Below are positions 35,911 to 46,064 of a DNA stretch of 64,000 nt, piece by piece; the first letter of the stretch is position 1; each line of letters starts with the position of its first letter. The notes under the pieces were generated by a model that did not search any database, had not been told where the DNA came from, and saw nothing but the letters and a program-made list of their open reading frames with translations. The stretch is taken from NCBI GenBank assembly GCA_963775425.1, contig CAVZJB010000017.1:128001-192000 (forward strand). Direction: 5' to 3'. This DNA is from an uncultured delta proteobacterium. GTDB lineage: Bacteria; Myxococcota; UBA727; VGSZ01. The translations under genes were made by a program, and so were the position numbers.

Positions 35911-35949
35911 GGCGGGCGCGCGCCGCCGACGAGCGCGCGACGAAGGCGA

Positions 35950-38900
35950 TCAGATGCCCGAGGGCAGCGGGACGCCGGCGCGCTGCGCGACGACGGCGGC
36001 GACCTGGCGCGGCTGTTGGTTCCAGAACGTGGCGAGGCCCGTGTTGGTGCCCTGCGACTGAAGCGCCTTGCCGATCTCCTGACGCACGAACGCGTCGATG
36101 GCGGGCGTCCATTGGGGGCCCCAGCGCGACGCCAGCGAATTGACGAAGCGGTTTTCGTCGACGGGCAGCCGCGGCAGTGAAGCGCCCCGGCCCTGCGCCC
36201 GCACCTGCTGCAGCGCGTAGTCGTGGCCGTATTGCGCAGACCAGTTGGCGTAGTTCTGCACCACCGCCGGCCCGAGCCCGGCGGCGAGGCACGCCTCGAC
36301 GAATTTCAACAGCTCGTTGGTCTGCGGCAACGCCTGGGCGTAGGTGGCGAGGCTCTGGCGGATGTGCGCCTCCACCGCGGCGGCGTCGTAGCTGAGGTCG
36401 GGGATCCTGGTGCCGATGAGGTAGATGCCCCGCTGCCGCAGCGCCTCGGCCAGCGACATCTGCCCGGCCGACTGCAGCGCGTACTGCAGGTTCTGGACGG
36501 GCACGCCGCCGTCGACGGCGACGCGCACGAGCTGCTTGAGGGGATCGTCGAACTTGAAGCCCTGCTGCTGCGCCGTGGGCTCGAGCATGGCGTCGACCGC
36601 CGCCCAGTCGCGCGCGAGCCTGGGCCCCGGCACCTTGAGCCTCTTGGCCTCCTGCTCGACGACGAGCTCCGCGTTCTGCCGCAGCGTGGACACGAAGGAG
36701 ATGGCCTCCTGCGGGCCGCGGGTGTCCGCGACGACGCCGAGGAACTTCTTCAACGCGTCGTCGACCTCGAAGTACTGGGTGCGCAACAGCGGCTGCGCCT
36801 GAAGCGCCAGGCGCTCCGCGGACGCGCGGAGCTTGGGGACGTCGCCGGCGACGCCGCGCTGCTGGCCCACCTGATCGAGGCGCACCTGCGGGTTGGACGC
36901 GAGGTTCGCCACGAGCTGACGCACCTCGTACGCGGTCATGCCCGCGCCGGCGGCCTTCTCGATGAAGCGCGCGATGTCCGCGGCGAAGCGCGGCTCGACG
37001 GCCGCCGTCTCGAGGTTGCGCTCGATGACCGCCCTGCCCCACGTGGAGCCGTCGAGGAGCCGCTTGACGTCGACGGACGGCACCGGCGCCGGCGACACGC
37101 CGAGCGACTGCGCGATGACCTGGAGCGCCTGCGCGTCCTGCGTGTTCTGCATCTGCGTCAACGCGCTCTCGAGCTGCGCCGGCGGGAGGTTCTGCGTGGT
37201 GGCGTTGTCGAGCATGCCGAGCGCGGCGGCGTCGGCGGACAGGCCGAGCTCCTCGAGGCGCCCCTGCACGCGCCCCTTGAGCTTGCCCGTGTCGTACTCG
37301 AGCGCGACCGGGAAGCCCGCGAGCTGTTGCAGCCACATCGGGACGTTCTTGGCCGCGCCGTTGGCGATGCCCTGCGCGAGCAGCTTGCGCTTGGCGGGAT
37401 CGTTTTTGAGCGCGTGCTCGATGCACTGCTGCACCGGCTGCGCCCACGTGAAGCCGGCGCCCTCGACGGCGTCCTTGGCGGCCTCGCGCAGGGCGTCATC
37501 GCTGAACGACACCAGGCCGAGGAGCTCCGCGGCGTGCGCCGCCTTCTGCCGCCCCGTGGCCAGGCCGTTCGGAAAGAGCGCGCCGAGCATGCGATCGGAG
37601 ATGCCCTCGAACGCGCGGTACGAGGCGGTCTCGCGAAACGCCTTGTTCTCGAGGTCCTTCACCTCGTGGAGGCGCGGCTCGATGTCCATGGTGACGTTCT
37701 GCGACGTGGCCTTCAGCCACGAGTCCTGCTCCTGCTCCGTGGAGAAATGTGCGGTGCCGACGCTGCTGGCGGCGACGTAGTTGGCCTGGTTGGCGCTCTG
37801 AAGCTGCAGGTGATCGAGCTCGGCCTCGAGCACGCAGAACTCCACCTCGCGCGGCTGCCCGTCTCGGCCCGCTTGGTTCGGGCGCGTGGTCTTTGCCTTC
37901 ACGAAGTCGAGCGACAGCTCGATCTCGACGCCCTTGTCGTTCTTGACGGTGAACTTGTGCCGCTCCTGCACGACGTCGAGCCACGGCACCAGGCACTGGG
38001 CGAGGTTGAGCGTGGCGTCGAGCTTGTTCACCTCGCGCTGCGCCTGGTTGAAGATGGTGCCCGACCACTGCGCGTTGCCGGCGATCATCTGAAGCACCTG
38101 CGCGCAGTCGGCGGTGTTGGCCTTCGCGAGCAACATCAGCGCGTACTCGATGCGCTGCGTGATCTTGGTCTTGTCGTCGCGGCGGCCGCCGCCGGGCTTG
38201 ACGTTGACCTCGGTGGCCTGCTTGTTCTTGCGCAGGCGGATGGCGCCCTCGTGCGCGGTCATGTCGAGGTTGGCGTTGTCCATGTACGTGTCGTGCATGG
38301 GGTCTTGCAGCGGCCAGCCCCGATCGTCGACGCGATACCCCTTGGTGAGCCCGCTGCCGGGCTTGCCCGGCTGGTTGGCGGCGCCGTCGTCCTTGAGCCA
38401 GTAGCGGCTGACAGGCTCGATGCCCCAACCCTTGCCCAGGATCTTCTCGACCTCGGCGGTCTTTCCCTCGTGGGCGAGCGCCGACAGCCGATAAGCCTCT
38501 TTGACGCCGGCGACCATGTCGTCCTTGGAGGTGCAGCCCTTCAGCTCGCTCTCGAGGCGCGAGAGGATGGCGCCGTCGGGCTTGAGCTGCGGGACGGCCT
38601 GCACGAGCTGCTGCGGATAGCCGACCTGCATGTCGAGGGGGACGTCGAGCTTGTCCGTGGCGCCCGACGCGTTGGCCGCCCTGACGTTCAGCGCGCTCTG
38701 CGCCGTCGACGCGGGCGGCAAGCGGAAGACGCCGCCGCGGCCGAAGCCGCCCGCCTGGTGCCCCACCGACCAGCGCGCCGCCACCGCGAGCGTGGTGGAG
38801 CCCGGCGTCACGTGCAGCGCGCCGTTTCTCTGTTGGAGCCACTTGTTGACGTCGTCGTAGCTGATGTCGAAGTACGTGTTCCCGCGAAAGCTCTGGCCGT

Positions 38901-39369
38901 TGAGGTTCTCGCCGTTGGCGAGCACCGAGAGCGTCACCGTGCGCAACTGGTTGGTCTTTTCGTCGAGGACCTCGGCGAGCAGGTAGAGCGTGATGCTGTC
39001 GTTGTGGTTGCCGTGGAAGCTCTCGACGTGGAGGCGGCAACCGCCGGGGATGGGCGAAGCGTCGCAGCGAACGAAGCCGCGCGACACGGGGCCCTCGCCG
39101 GTGCCGTTGTAGGCGTCGAACGAGGTGTCGCGCGAGAAGCGGTTGGTGGTGGCGCTGGCGTCGTTGCGCGCGCTACCGAGGCCGCCGATGGTGACGCGGC
39201 GGGCGTTGACGACGTTGCCGCCGCCGGCGGGGACGGTGCCGCCGGCGTTTACGTCGACGCCGTTTCCGCCCGTGGCCTGCGCGTTGACGCTGCCGGCGTT
39301 GACGACGTTGCCGGCGTTACCGGCGTTGGGGGTCTGCGGGGTGGGGTTCGATCCGCCGATGACGGGCAT
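35950..39369 (-). CDS. 1139-aa protein with a central CYTH-like (triphosphate tunnel) domain
   Basis: DTYMD...IRLRK...VNVK...RIEY...ERHKF...IELSLDFV...LEAEL; low-complexity N-terminus; helical C-terminal half. Confidence 0.7.
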   Translation of the reverse strand: MPVIGGSNPTPQTPNAGNAGNVVNAGSVNAQATGGNGVDVNAGGTVPAGGGNVVNARRVTIGGLGSARNDASATTNRFSRDTSFDAYNGTGEGPVSRGFVRCDASPIPGGCRLHVESFHGNHNDSITLYLLAEVLDEKTNQLRTVTLSVLANGENLNGQSFRGNTYFDISYDDVNKWLQQRNGALHVTPGSTTLAVAARWSVGHQAGGFGRGGVFRLPPASTAQSALNVRAANASGATDKLDVPLDMQVGYPQQLVQAVPQLKPDGAILSRLESELKGCTSKDDMVAGVKEAYRLSALAHEGKTAEVEKILGKGWGIEPVSRYWLKDDGAANQPGKPGSGLTKGYRVDDRGWPLQDPMHDTYMDNANLDMTAHEGAIRLRKNKQATEVNVKPGGGRRDDKTKITQRIEYALMLLAKANTADCAQVLQMIAGNAQWSGTIFNQAQREVNKLDATLNLAQCLVPWLDVVQERHKFTVKNDKGVEIELSLDFVKAKTTRPNQAGRDGQPREVEFCVLEAELDHLQLQSANQANYVAASSVGTAHFSTEQEQDSWLKATSQNVTMDIEPRLHEVKDLENKAFRETASYRAFEGISDRMLGALFPNGLATGRQKAAHAAELLGLVSFSDDALREAAKDAVEGAGFTWAQPVQQCIEHALKNDPAKRKLLAQGIANGAAKNVPMWLQQLAGFPVALEYDTGKLKGRVQGRLEELGLSADAAALGMLDNATTQNLPPAQLESALTQMQNTQDAQALQVIAQSLGVSPAPVPSVDVKRLLDGSTWGRAVIERNLETAAVEPRFAADIARFIEKAAGAGMTAYEVRQLVANLASNPQVRLDQVGQQRGVAGDVPKLRASAERLALQAQPLLRTQYFEVDDALKKFLGVVADTRGPQEAISFVSTLRQNAELVVEQEAKRLKVPGPRLARDWAAVDAMLEPTAQQQGFKFDDPLKQLVRVAVDGGVPVQNLQYALQSAGQMSLAEALRQRGIYLIGTRIPDLSYDAAAVEAHIRQSLATYAQALPQTNELLKFVEACLAAGLGPAVVQNYANWSAQYGHDYALQQVRAQGRGASLPRLPVDENRFVNSLASRWGPQWTPAIDAFVRQEIGKALQSQGTNTGLATFWNQQPRQVAAVVAQRAGVPLPSGI

Positions 39370-39856
39370 GGAGACTCCAGGGTCCACCTGTCTATCGCGT
39401 CCGGCCCGCGCCCGCGACGGCCGCTCGCCTGACCCCGCGCGTCGTGAGTCCGGCGCGTCGGCGCGGGCGCCGGCAGCGAGGGATTGGTCGCCGCGAGAGG
39501 CTCTCGCCGCGAAACGTTCTCGCCGCGAAAGACGCGTCTGCGGCCGGCGACTGCGCGCGACGACGCCTCTCACCAGGCTGCCTCCTTCTTCGCTGCGATC
39601 CTCCTCGAGGCGCCACGCGCCTTGACGACGCGCACGTGCACGCCGTCGCACACGCGCGAAAAGCGCACCCGCTCGTGTGAGATCTCGCTCCCCGCGAGCC
39701 GGACGCGAGCCGGCTTCGCCCCTCGACGTCGACCGCACGCACGACGCATCGGTGGCCGCCGCGCTGCGCATCATCACCCGACGGATCGTCGACGGAGGCA
39801 AGGTGGGGCGCATGACGACGCCTGCGTGCGTGTGAGAGCGCCCGGTGCACGGCGCG

Positions 39857-39872
39857 GGGCACGCAGCTTGCT
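39857..39872 (+). promoter_or_regulatory. Sigma54 promoter
   Basis: GGGCACG-CAGC-TTGCT, 25 bp upstream of the ATG at 39897. Confidence 0.7.
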
Positions 39873-39896
39873 CATCTCGGGCGCGGAGGTGAGGCG

Positions 39897-40706
39897 ATGG
39901 ACGGTCTCGTGATTCCCCTCAGCGAAGAAATCTCATCTCGACCGTCGGCGCACGCGCGTTTCCGGGACAGCTACTTTGGTCGTGCCTTCCTTCACCCGCT
40001 CCACGGTGTCGCCCTCGTTGCGATCTGCGCGCTGTCGTCGGGCCTCGGCCTCGGCGTCGCCCTCGTCCTCGTGGAGAGCTTGATGCTCGGACTCCTGCCA
40101 CGGTCGTCGTGGTTCCAGCGTCGCGTCAATGAACAGCGCCGCGCCCTCGAAGACCGCAAGCAGAGCGACACCCGGATGCTTCTGTTGAACCGCATGCGCG
40201 ACGACGACCGCATCGAGTTCATGCGCCTCGATCAGCTCGTCACCGCGATCAAGGCACGCATCGGCCGAAGCGGCATCAGCAAGCGCGTCCTCGACGACTA
40301 CATGCGGCTCGAGCGCCTCTTGATGGTCTACGCACAGCTCGCCGCGTCCTACGCCGACAGCGATCGTCTCCTCGGCCTCACCGATCGCGCCGACGCCGAC
40401 GACTTCGTCGACGGTGATTCGCCGGCGCAGCCGCAGGTGTTCGACAGCGCGCGCGTGAGGAACCTCGCCGAGCGGCGGCAGGCGGTCGCCCGCCTGCGCG
40501 CGGCGACGGCGGAGGAGAACGCCGAGGCGTTGCACGCGCTGCGCGGCGAGCTCGGGCTCATCGGCGACCTCGTCACGCTCCTGTTCGAGCGCACCGCGAC
40601 GCCCGTGGTGCCGGGGGAGATCGCCGAGGAGATCGACCGCTACGTCAGCGGGCTCGACGAGACGGGCCCGCTCGTGCGGGAGCTCATCACGCTGCGTGCG
40701 GTGTGA
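39897..40706 (+). CDS. Hypothetical membrane-anchored coiled-coil protein
   Basis: GGAGG SD; two TM segments followed by a helical domain. Confidence 0.7.
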   Translation: MDGLVIPLSEEISSRPSAHARFRDSYFGRAFLHPLHGVALVAICALSSGLGLGVALVLVESLMLGLLPRSSWFQRRVNEQRRALEDRKQSDTRMLLLNRMRDDDRIEFMRLDQLVTAIKARIGRSGISKRVLDDYMRLERLLMVYAQLAASYADSDRLLGLTDRADADDFVDGDSPAQPQVFDSARVRNLAERRQAVARLRAATAEENAEALHALRGELGLIGDLVTLLFERTATPVVPGEIAEEIDRYVSGLDETGPLVRELITLRAV

Positions 40707-40965
40707 CCTGATCGTGCACGTGGGGCGGCTGGTCCCCGGGCCACGGCTCACGCGGCACCGACGCGGTGGCGCCGTGCTCGCGGGGCTCGGGGTGGCGGTC
40801 GAGGAAGCGGCTCACCACGAACCAGCGCTGGTAGACCCCGATCGCCACCACGGCCGCGCCGCTCGCCGCGAGCGGCAACGACCAGCCCGTGGCACGCAGG
40901 AGAGGCGCAGCGACGACCATCAACCCGCCGGCGACGAAGAGAACCATTCCCCGCACCATAGCCAT
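40687..40965 (-). CDS. Small two-TM membrane protein
   Basis: GGAGG SD; two hydrophobic segments. Confidence 0.55.
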   Translation of the reverse strand: MAMVRGMVLFVAGGLMVVAAPLLRATGWSLPLAASGAAVVAIGVYQRWFVVSRFLDRHPEPREHGATASVPREPWPGDQPPHVHDQVTPHAA

Positions 40966-41309
40966 CCTCCGTGCTCGTCCACGCCGTGGGCTTGCACGTC
41001 CTGGACCGCGCGCGTCCGCTCCGCGGCAGGCTTGATGCAGCGCCGCGTGGTCCGGAAGAAGGGCGCGCGCGCGATTGCGCTGTCGTTGGAGCGCTCGGCG
41101 GAGGTCGAGCCTCTTCGGGCGCGCCGCGCGCCGGATCGGCGCGCTGGACGATGAGGGCCGACAGGTCACCGCCCGCGACATGGGCGTTTCGGCGCATCGC
41201 CCCGGTGCGGGAGCGCCCAGGCCGGCGCGACGCGCGCCCGAGGAGACGCTCCCGACGCCCGGCCGTGCCATTGGCCCGGAAATCGCTACTCGCCGGGCGA
41301 GATCACACT

Positions 41310-42746
41310 TTGCACCACATTCAAGAGCTCAAGGACTACGTCGGCTTCACCGACGCCGACGGGCAGAGCCTCCGGGCGCTCTGGCCGCAGGTGGCGCCCG
41401 GGGCGGAAGCCCTCGCGGGGCGCTTCTACGACGGCGCGGCGCGGCTCGAAGGCGCGCGCGCCTTCTTGCAGGACGCCGCGCGGGTCGCCGAGCTGCGGCG
41501 GACGCTCATCGAGTGGCTGCGCGAGCTGCTGAACGGCCCCTGGGACGACGCCTACTGCGAGCGGCGGCGACGCATCGGCGACGCCCACATGCTCGTCCAC
41601 CTGCCGCAGGCGTTCATGTTCACGAGCATGAACCTGCTGCGCCATGACCTCCTCGACATCGCGGGGCGGGCGCTGGCGGGCGAGCCCCTCGAGCGCACCC
41701 GCACGGCGCTCCTGCGCATCATGGACATCGACCTGGCGCTGATGGTCGGCGCGTACATGGAGGTGCACGAGCAGGCCCACCTCGCCGATCTGCGCGAGCT
41801 GATCATCTCGCGGCTGCCGACGCCGGTGGTGATCTTCGACCGTGAGCAGCGCGTGCTCTCGATGGCGGACCCCTCGGGCCTCTTGCGTCCCGGCGAGACG
41901 TTCACCGACGTCATCCCCGCGGCCATCATCGAGGCGGCGGCGTTGCCCGCGCGCGTCGTTCGCGCCACCAGCACGCGCCGCGAGATCATCCTGCCCCGCG
42001 TCGACGCGACCATCGACGGCGAGGAGCGCTGCTTCCGCGTCACCATCGCGCCGCTCGACCACCCCGTCGCGGAGACGATGATCCACGTCGAGGACCTCAC
42101 CGAGGTGGTGGCTGCCCAGGCGCGCACGGAGATGGCGGAGCACCTGGCGGAGCTCGGCATGATGGCGGCGAGCATCGCGCACGAGCTCCGCAACCCTTTG
42201 GGCGGCATCCGGGCGGCGCTGCAGGTCGTGCGCTCGTCGTTCGCCGACGAGGACCCACGCTCGGACGTGCTCGACAAGGTGCAGGAGCAGACGGTGCGCC
42301 TCGGGTCCCTCGCCGCCGACCTCTTGAGCTTCGCGCGCCCGCTCGAGCCCAAGCCGCGGCGCCTCCGTCTGCGGGTCGTCCTCGACGCCATCAAGAACGC
42401 CGAGCCGGGCGCGGTGACGGTGACCGGCGACGGCTTCGCGCTGGGCGACGCGGCGCTCCTCACGCAGGTGCTCTTGAACCTCGTCCAGAACGCGACGCAG
42501 GCGGGCGCCTCCGAGGTGCAGGTGTCGGCCGACGGCCCACGCGTCCAGGTCGTCGACAACGGCCCCGGCATCGAGGCCGCGCTCCGGCAGCGGGTCTTCG
42601 AGCCCTTCTTCACCACCAAGACCCGCGGGACCGGTCTCGGCCTCCCCATCGCGCGCAAGCTCGTCGTGTCCATGGGCGGGACGCTCGACCTGTGCGCCTC
42701 CCCTCTCGGCGGCGCCGGCTTCCTGTTGTCGCTGCCGGAGCCCTGA
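41310..42746 (+). CDS. Protoglobin-domain (globin-coupled) sensor histidine kinase
   Basis: YVGFTDAD...FY...RRRIGDAH; IAHELRNPL; NLVQNA; DNGPG; FFTTK; GTGLGL. Confidence 0.9.
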   Translation: MHHIQELKDYVGFTDADGQSLRALWPQVAPGAEALAGRFYDGAARLEGARAFLQDAARVAELRRTLIEWLRELLNGPWDDAYCERRRRIGDAHMLVHLPQAFMFTSMNLLRHDLLDIAGRALAGEPLERTRTALLRIMDIDLALMVGAYMEVHEQAHLADLRELIISRLPTPVVIFDREQRVLSMADPSGLLRPGETFTDVIPAAIIEAAALPARVVRATSTRREIILPRVDATIDGEERCFRVTIAPLDHPVAETMIHVEDLTEVVAAQARTEMAEHLAELGMMAASIAHELRNPLGGIRAALQVVRSSFADEDPRSDVLDKVQEQTVRLGSLAADLLSFARPLEPKPRRLRLRVVLDAIKNAEPGAVTVTGDGFALGDAALLTQVLLNLVQNATQAGASEVQVSADGPRVQVVDNGPGIEAALRQRVFEPFFTTKTRGTGLGLPIARKLVVSMGGTLDLCASPLGGAGFLLSLPEP

Positions 42747-42790
42747 CGCGCCGCTGGCACGGAGGTTGGATAGCTCGACGTGGAGGCACG

Positions 42791-43285
42791 ATGACGTTCC
42801 AGCTCAAAAGCATCCTCGTTCCCGTCGCCGTCGGCTCCGCCGATGATGTGGTCGTCGCGGAGCACCTCGTGGACGCGGCGTGCGAGCTGGCGAAGCTCCA
42901 GGGCGCCAAGATCACCCTCGTGTACGTCGACGCTCCGCGCATGGCGCTGGTGCCGCTCGACACCGGGGGCGCGTCGCCGGCGGCGTATCAGGCCATGGCG
43001 GAGGTCTGGGAGGCGAACCGCGGCGCGGCCATCGCCAACCTCGAACGGCTGCGCACGCGCGTGAACGAGGCGAAGGTCCCGGTCGCCATCGACGTCGTCG
43101 AGCCCACCGAGGGCCCCGGCGAGACCATCGCCGAGATCGCCAGGGAGAGGAACGTCGACCTCGTCGCGTTGGCGTCCCACGGCCGCCGCGGCATCAAGCG
43201 GCTCTTCCTCGGCAGCGTCGCCGAGCGTGTGGCGCACCTCGCGGATGCTCCCGTGCTCATCCTGCGCACCGCCGACCTCCACTGA
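42791..43285 (+). CDS. Universal stress protein
   Basis: ILVPV...ASHGRRGIKRLFLGSVAERV. Confidence 0.92.
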   Translation: MTFQLKSILVPVAVGSADDVVVAEHLVDAACELAKLQGAKITLVYVDAPRMALVPLDTGGASPAAYQAMAEVWEANRGAAIANLERLRTRVNEAKVPVAIDVVEPTEGPGETIAEIARERNVDLVALASHGRRGIKRLFLGSVAERVAHLADAPVLILRTADLH

Positions 43286-43295
43286 GGGGGGGGGC

Positions 43296-43760
43296 GTGCT
43301 CGACATCGACAATCGCTCCGCCCACCTCGCCGGCGCCTCCGTGCGCGAGCGGGAGAGCGAGACGGACTTCATCGTCGACCGCTACCACAGCGCCTTCAGG
43401 GACGAGCTCCGCTTCCTGTTCGCCCTGCTGCGATCGCGACCGCGCGACGACGGGCTCGGCGAGGCCGTCGCCCGCCTCGCCTCCCGGCTCGCGTCGCACC
43501 ACGCCCTCCAGGAGCTGCGCATCTTCCCGGCCTACGAGGCCAACATCCCGTGCGGCCCGGGCATGCTCGACGCCTGGACCCGCGACGAGATCGAGCTGTA
43601 TCGCGCCGTCGACGCCTTGCGCGACGCCTGCCGCATCGACGTGGAGCCGGCGCTCGTCGCGCGCGCGCAGGGCCTCGCCGACGCCGTGCGTGATCACCTG
43701 CGAGTCGAGAGCCAGCTCCTCGGCCCGTGGGTGCAGGCGCCCGACGACGCCGTGCCGTGA
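43296..43760 (+). CDS. Hemerythrin-like domain protein
   Basis: IVDRYH; HHALQELRIFP; HLRVESQLL (degenerate HxxxE motifs). Confidence 0.6.
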   Translation: MLDIDNRSAHLAGASVRERESETDFIVDRYHSAFRDELRFLFALLRSRPRDDGLGEAVARLASRLASHHALQELRIFPAYEANIPCGPGMLDAWTRDEIELYRAVDALRDACRIDVEPALVARAQGLADAVRDHLRVESQLLGPWVQAPDDAVP

Positions 43761-43763
43761 GGC

Positions 43764-44615
43764 TCAGCGCGCGCGCGCGGCCGCGTACAAGACCGCAGCG
43801 TGAAACGACGAGCGCACCAGCGGGCCGGCGGCGACGCCGGCGAAGCCGAGGGCGAGGGCGTCGCTGGCCAGGTCCTCGAAGGACGTCATGTCGGCGTAGC
43901 GCATGACCGGCGCCGCCCGCGGCGACGGCCGCAGGTATTGTCCGACGGTGACGATGTCGACGTCGACGGTGCGCAGGTCGATGAGGGTGTCGACGGCCTC
44001 GTCGTCGGTCTCGCCGAGGCCGAGCATCAAAGACGACTTGGTCACGATGTCCGGCGCGATCTCCTTCACGGTGCGCAGGACGTCGAGCGAGCGCGCGTAC
44101 CCCGCGCGCCGGTCGCGGATGCCCGACGTGAGGCGCGCCACAGTCTCGATGTTGTGGGCGAAGACGTCGGGGCCGGCGGCGAGGACCGTCTCGAGGAGCC
44201 GCGGGTCACCGTCGAGGTCGGGGCTGAGGAGCTCGACGAGGGCGCCGGTCTCGCGCACGGCGACGACGCAGGCGGCGAGGTGCGCGGCCCCGCGGTCCTC
44301 GAGGTCGTCGCGATCGACGCTGGTGAGGACGACGTACTCGAGGCCGAGCTTCGTCACGGCCGCGGCGACGCGCGCGGGCTCGTCGGCCTCCGGCGGCGGC
44401 GGACGCGCGGCCTTCTTCACGTGGCAGAAGCGGCAGCCGCGGGTGCAGGTGTCGCCGGCGAGGAGGAACGTGGCCGTGCCCTCGCTCCAACAGGTGCCTT
44501 GGTTCGGGCAGCGGGCGGACTCGCAGATGGTGGAGAAGCCGCCGAGGGCGTCGCGCACGAAGGCGACGCGCTCGTCCGACGGGGCCGGCGCGGAGAGGAC
44601 CGGGAGCTCCCTCAT
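43764..44615 (-). CDS. lipA: Lipoyl synthase
   Basis: CESARCPNQGTC; CTRGCRFC; HNIETV; GQYLRP; PLVRSSF. Confidence 0.95.
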   Translation of the reverse strand: MRELPVLSAPAPSDERVAFVRDALGGFSTICESARCPNQGTCWSEGTATFLLAGDTCTRGCRFCHVKKAARPPPPEADEPARVAAAVTKLGLEYVVLTSVDRDDLEDRGAAHLAACVVAVRETGALVELLSPDLDGDPRLLETVLAAGPDVFAHNIETVARLTSGIRDRRAGYARSLDVLRTVKEIAPDIVTKSSLMLGLGETDDEAVDTLIDLRTVDVDIVTVGQYLRPSPRAAPVMRYADMTSFEDLASDALALGFAGVAAGPLVRSSFHAAVLYAAARAR

Positions 44616-44851
44616 GCGTGCGCGCGCTCCTCGAGGTACGCGACGGCCGTCTTGAGCGTGCGCAGGCGGCTGTAGTCGGACTCGGGGACGTCGATGCCGA
44701 GCCGCTCGTGGATGCCGACGACGACGTTCAGAAAGTCCATGGAGTCGAGGTCGAGCTCCTCGCGCAGGTCGGCGTCGGGCGGAATGCTCGTGGCCTCGGG
44801 CGCGACGGCGCGCACGGCGGCGATGACGGCAGCTTCGATGGAGTCGGTCAC
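44612..44851 (-). CDS. Acyl carrier protein
   Basis: LDLDSMDFL; IDVPESDY. Confidence 0.9.
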   Translation of the reverse strand: MTDSIEAAVIAAVRAVAPEATSIPPDADLREELDLDSMDFLNVVVGIHERLGIDVPESDYSRLRTLKTAVAYLEERAHA

Positions 44852-46064
44852 GGTTCCTCCGGGTGCTCGAGGCGCATGGCGACGTCACGCAGAAAGAGCG
44901 CGCCCGCGTGGCCGTCGCTGACGCGGTGATCGGCGGCGACGCTGATGCTTGCGACGGAGCGGACCTCGACCTTGCCGTCGACGACCCAGGGGCGCGGCAC
45001 GATGCTGCCGACACCGACGATGGCCACCTGGGGCGGTTGGATGACGGGGACGAGCGCCTCGACGCCGGTGTCACCGAGGCTCGTGAGGGTGATGGTCCCC
45101 GACGTCATCTCGCTGCCGCGCAGGCCGCCGGCGCGGACACGGCGGACGATGTCGGCGATGTCCCTCATCAGCGCGTCGACGTCCTTCTTGTCGGCGTCGA
45201 AGATGCAGGGCGCGATGAGGCCGCCGCCGCGCATGGCGGTGGCGAACCCGAGGTTGACGCGCTCGCTCGGCGCGTGCCCGTCGACGTACGTGCCGTTGAG
45301 GGCCGGGTGGTCGGCGGCGGCGAGCGCGACGGCGCGGGCGTAGAGCACGGCGAGCAGCAGCCGGTCGGTGACGGCGCGCTTGTCGTTCGCGGCCTTGAGC
45401 CACGCGAGCGCGTCAGTCATGTCGACAGTTTCGAATAGATAGTAGTGAGGGATCTCCCGCTTGGAGCGCGCCATGGCCGCCGCGATGGCCCTGCGAATCG
45501 ACGGGACCTCCTCGCGCGCCGGCGGGGCGGGCGCTGCCTCGATCGCCGTCGGCGGCGCGGGGGCGGCCGGGCCGCTGGCGGCGAGGACGTCGGCGACCGT
45601 GATGCGGTCGCCGTGGGAGGGGACGACGTGGGCGAGATCGACGCCGAGCTCCGCAGCCCGTCGCTTGGCGAGCGGCGTCGCGTGCGGCCGAACGTCGTGA
45701 GCGGCTGCGCCGGGCTCGCCGGCGGGAGCGCGGTCGCCCCCGGGGCGGGCGTCACGCGCGCCGGTGCACCGTCGTCGTGGGGCGGGGGCGTACCCGCCGC
45801 GGGCGCCGCACCCGCCGGCAGCGTCTCGACGTGCAGGCGCGCGATGGGCGTGCCCACCGTCACCTGCGCGCCCTCCTGCACGAGGACGCTTTGCAGCGTG
45901 GCGTCCTCGAAGCACTCGACGTCGATAAGCCCCTTGTCGGTCTCCACCTGCACGATGAGGTCGCCGCGGTGGAGCGCGGCGCCGGGCTTCTTCAGCCAAG
46001 CGACCACGCGGCCCTTGTTCATGTCCGCGCCGAGCGACGGCATCTTGAAGTCGATGTCAGGCAC
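44848..46064 (-). CDS. pdhC: Dihydrolipoamide acetyltransferase (E2), frameshifted in the linker
   Basis: Lipoyl domain VETDK in one frame; E3-binding ATPLAKR and catalytic DHRVSDG in the -1 frame; shift at ~45690-45790. Confidence 0.85.

Noticed and set aside
36223-39432. 1069-aa plus-strand ORF
   Set aside because: Antisense shadow of the CYTH-like gene, typical of high-GC DNA
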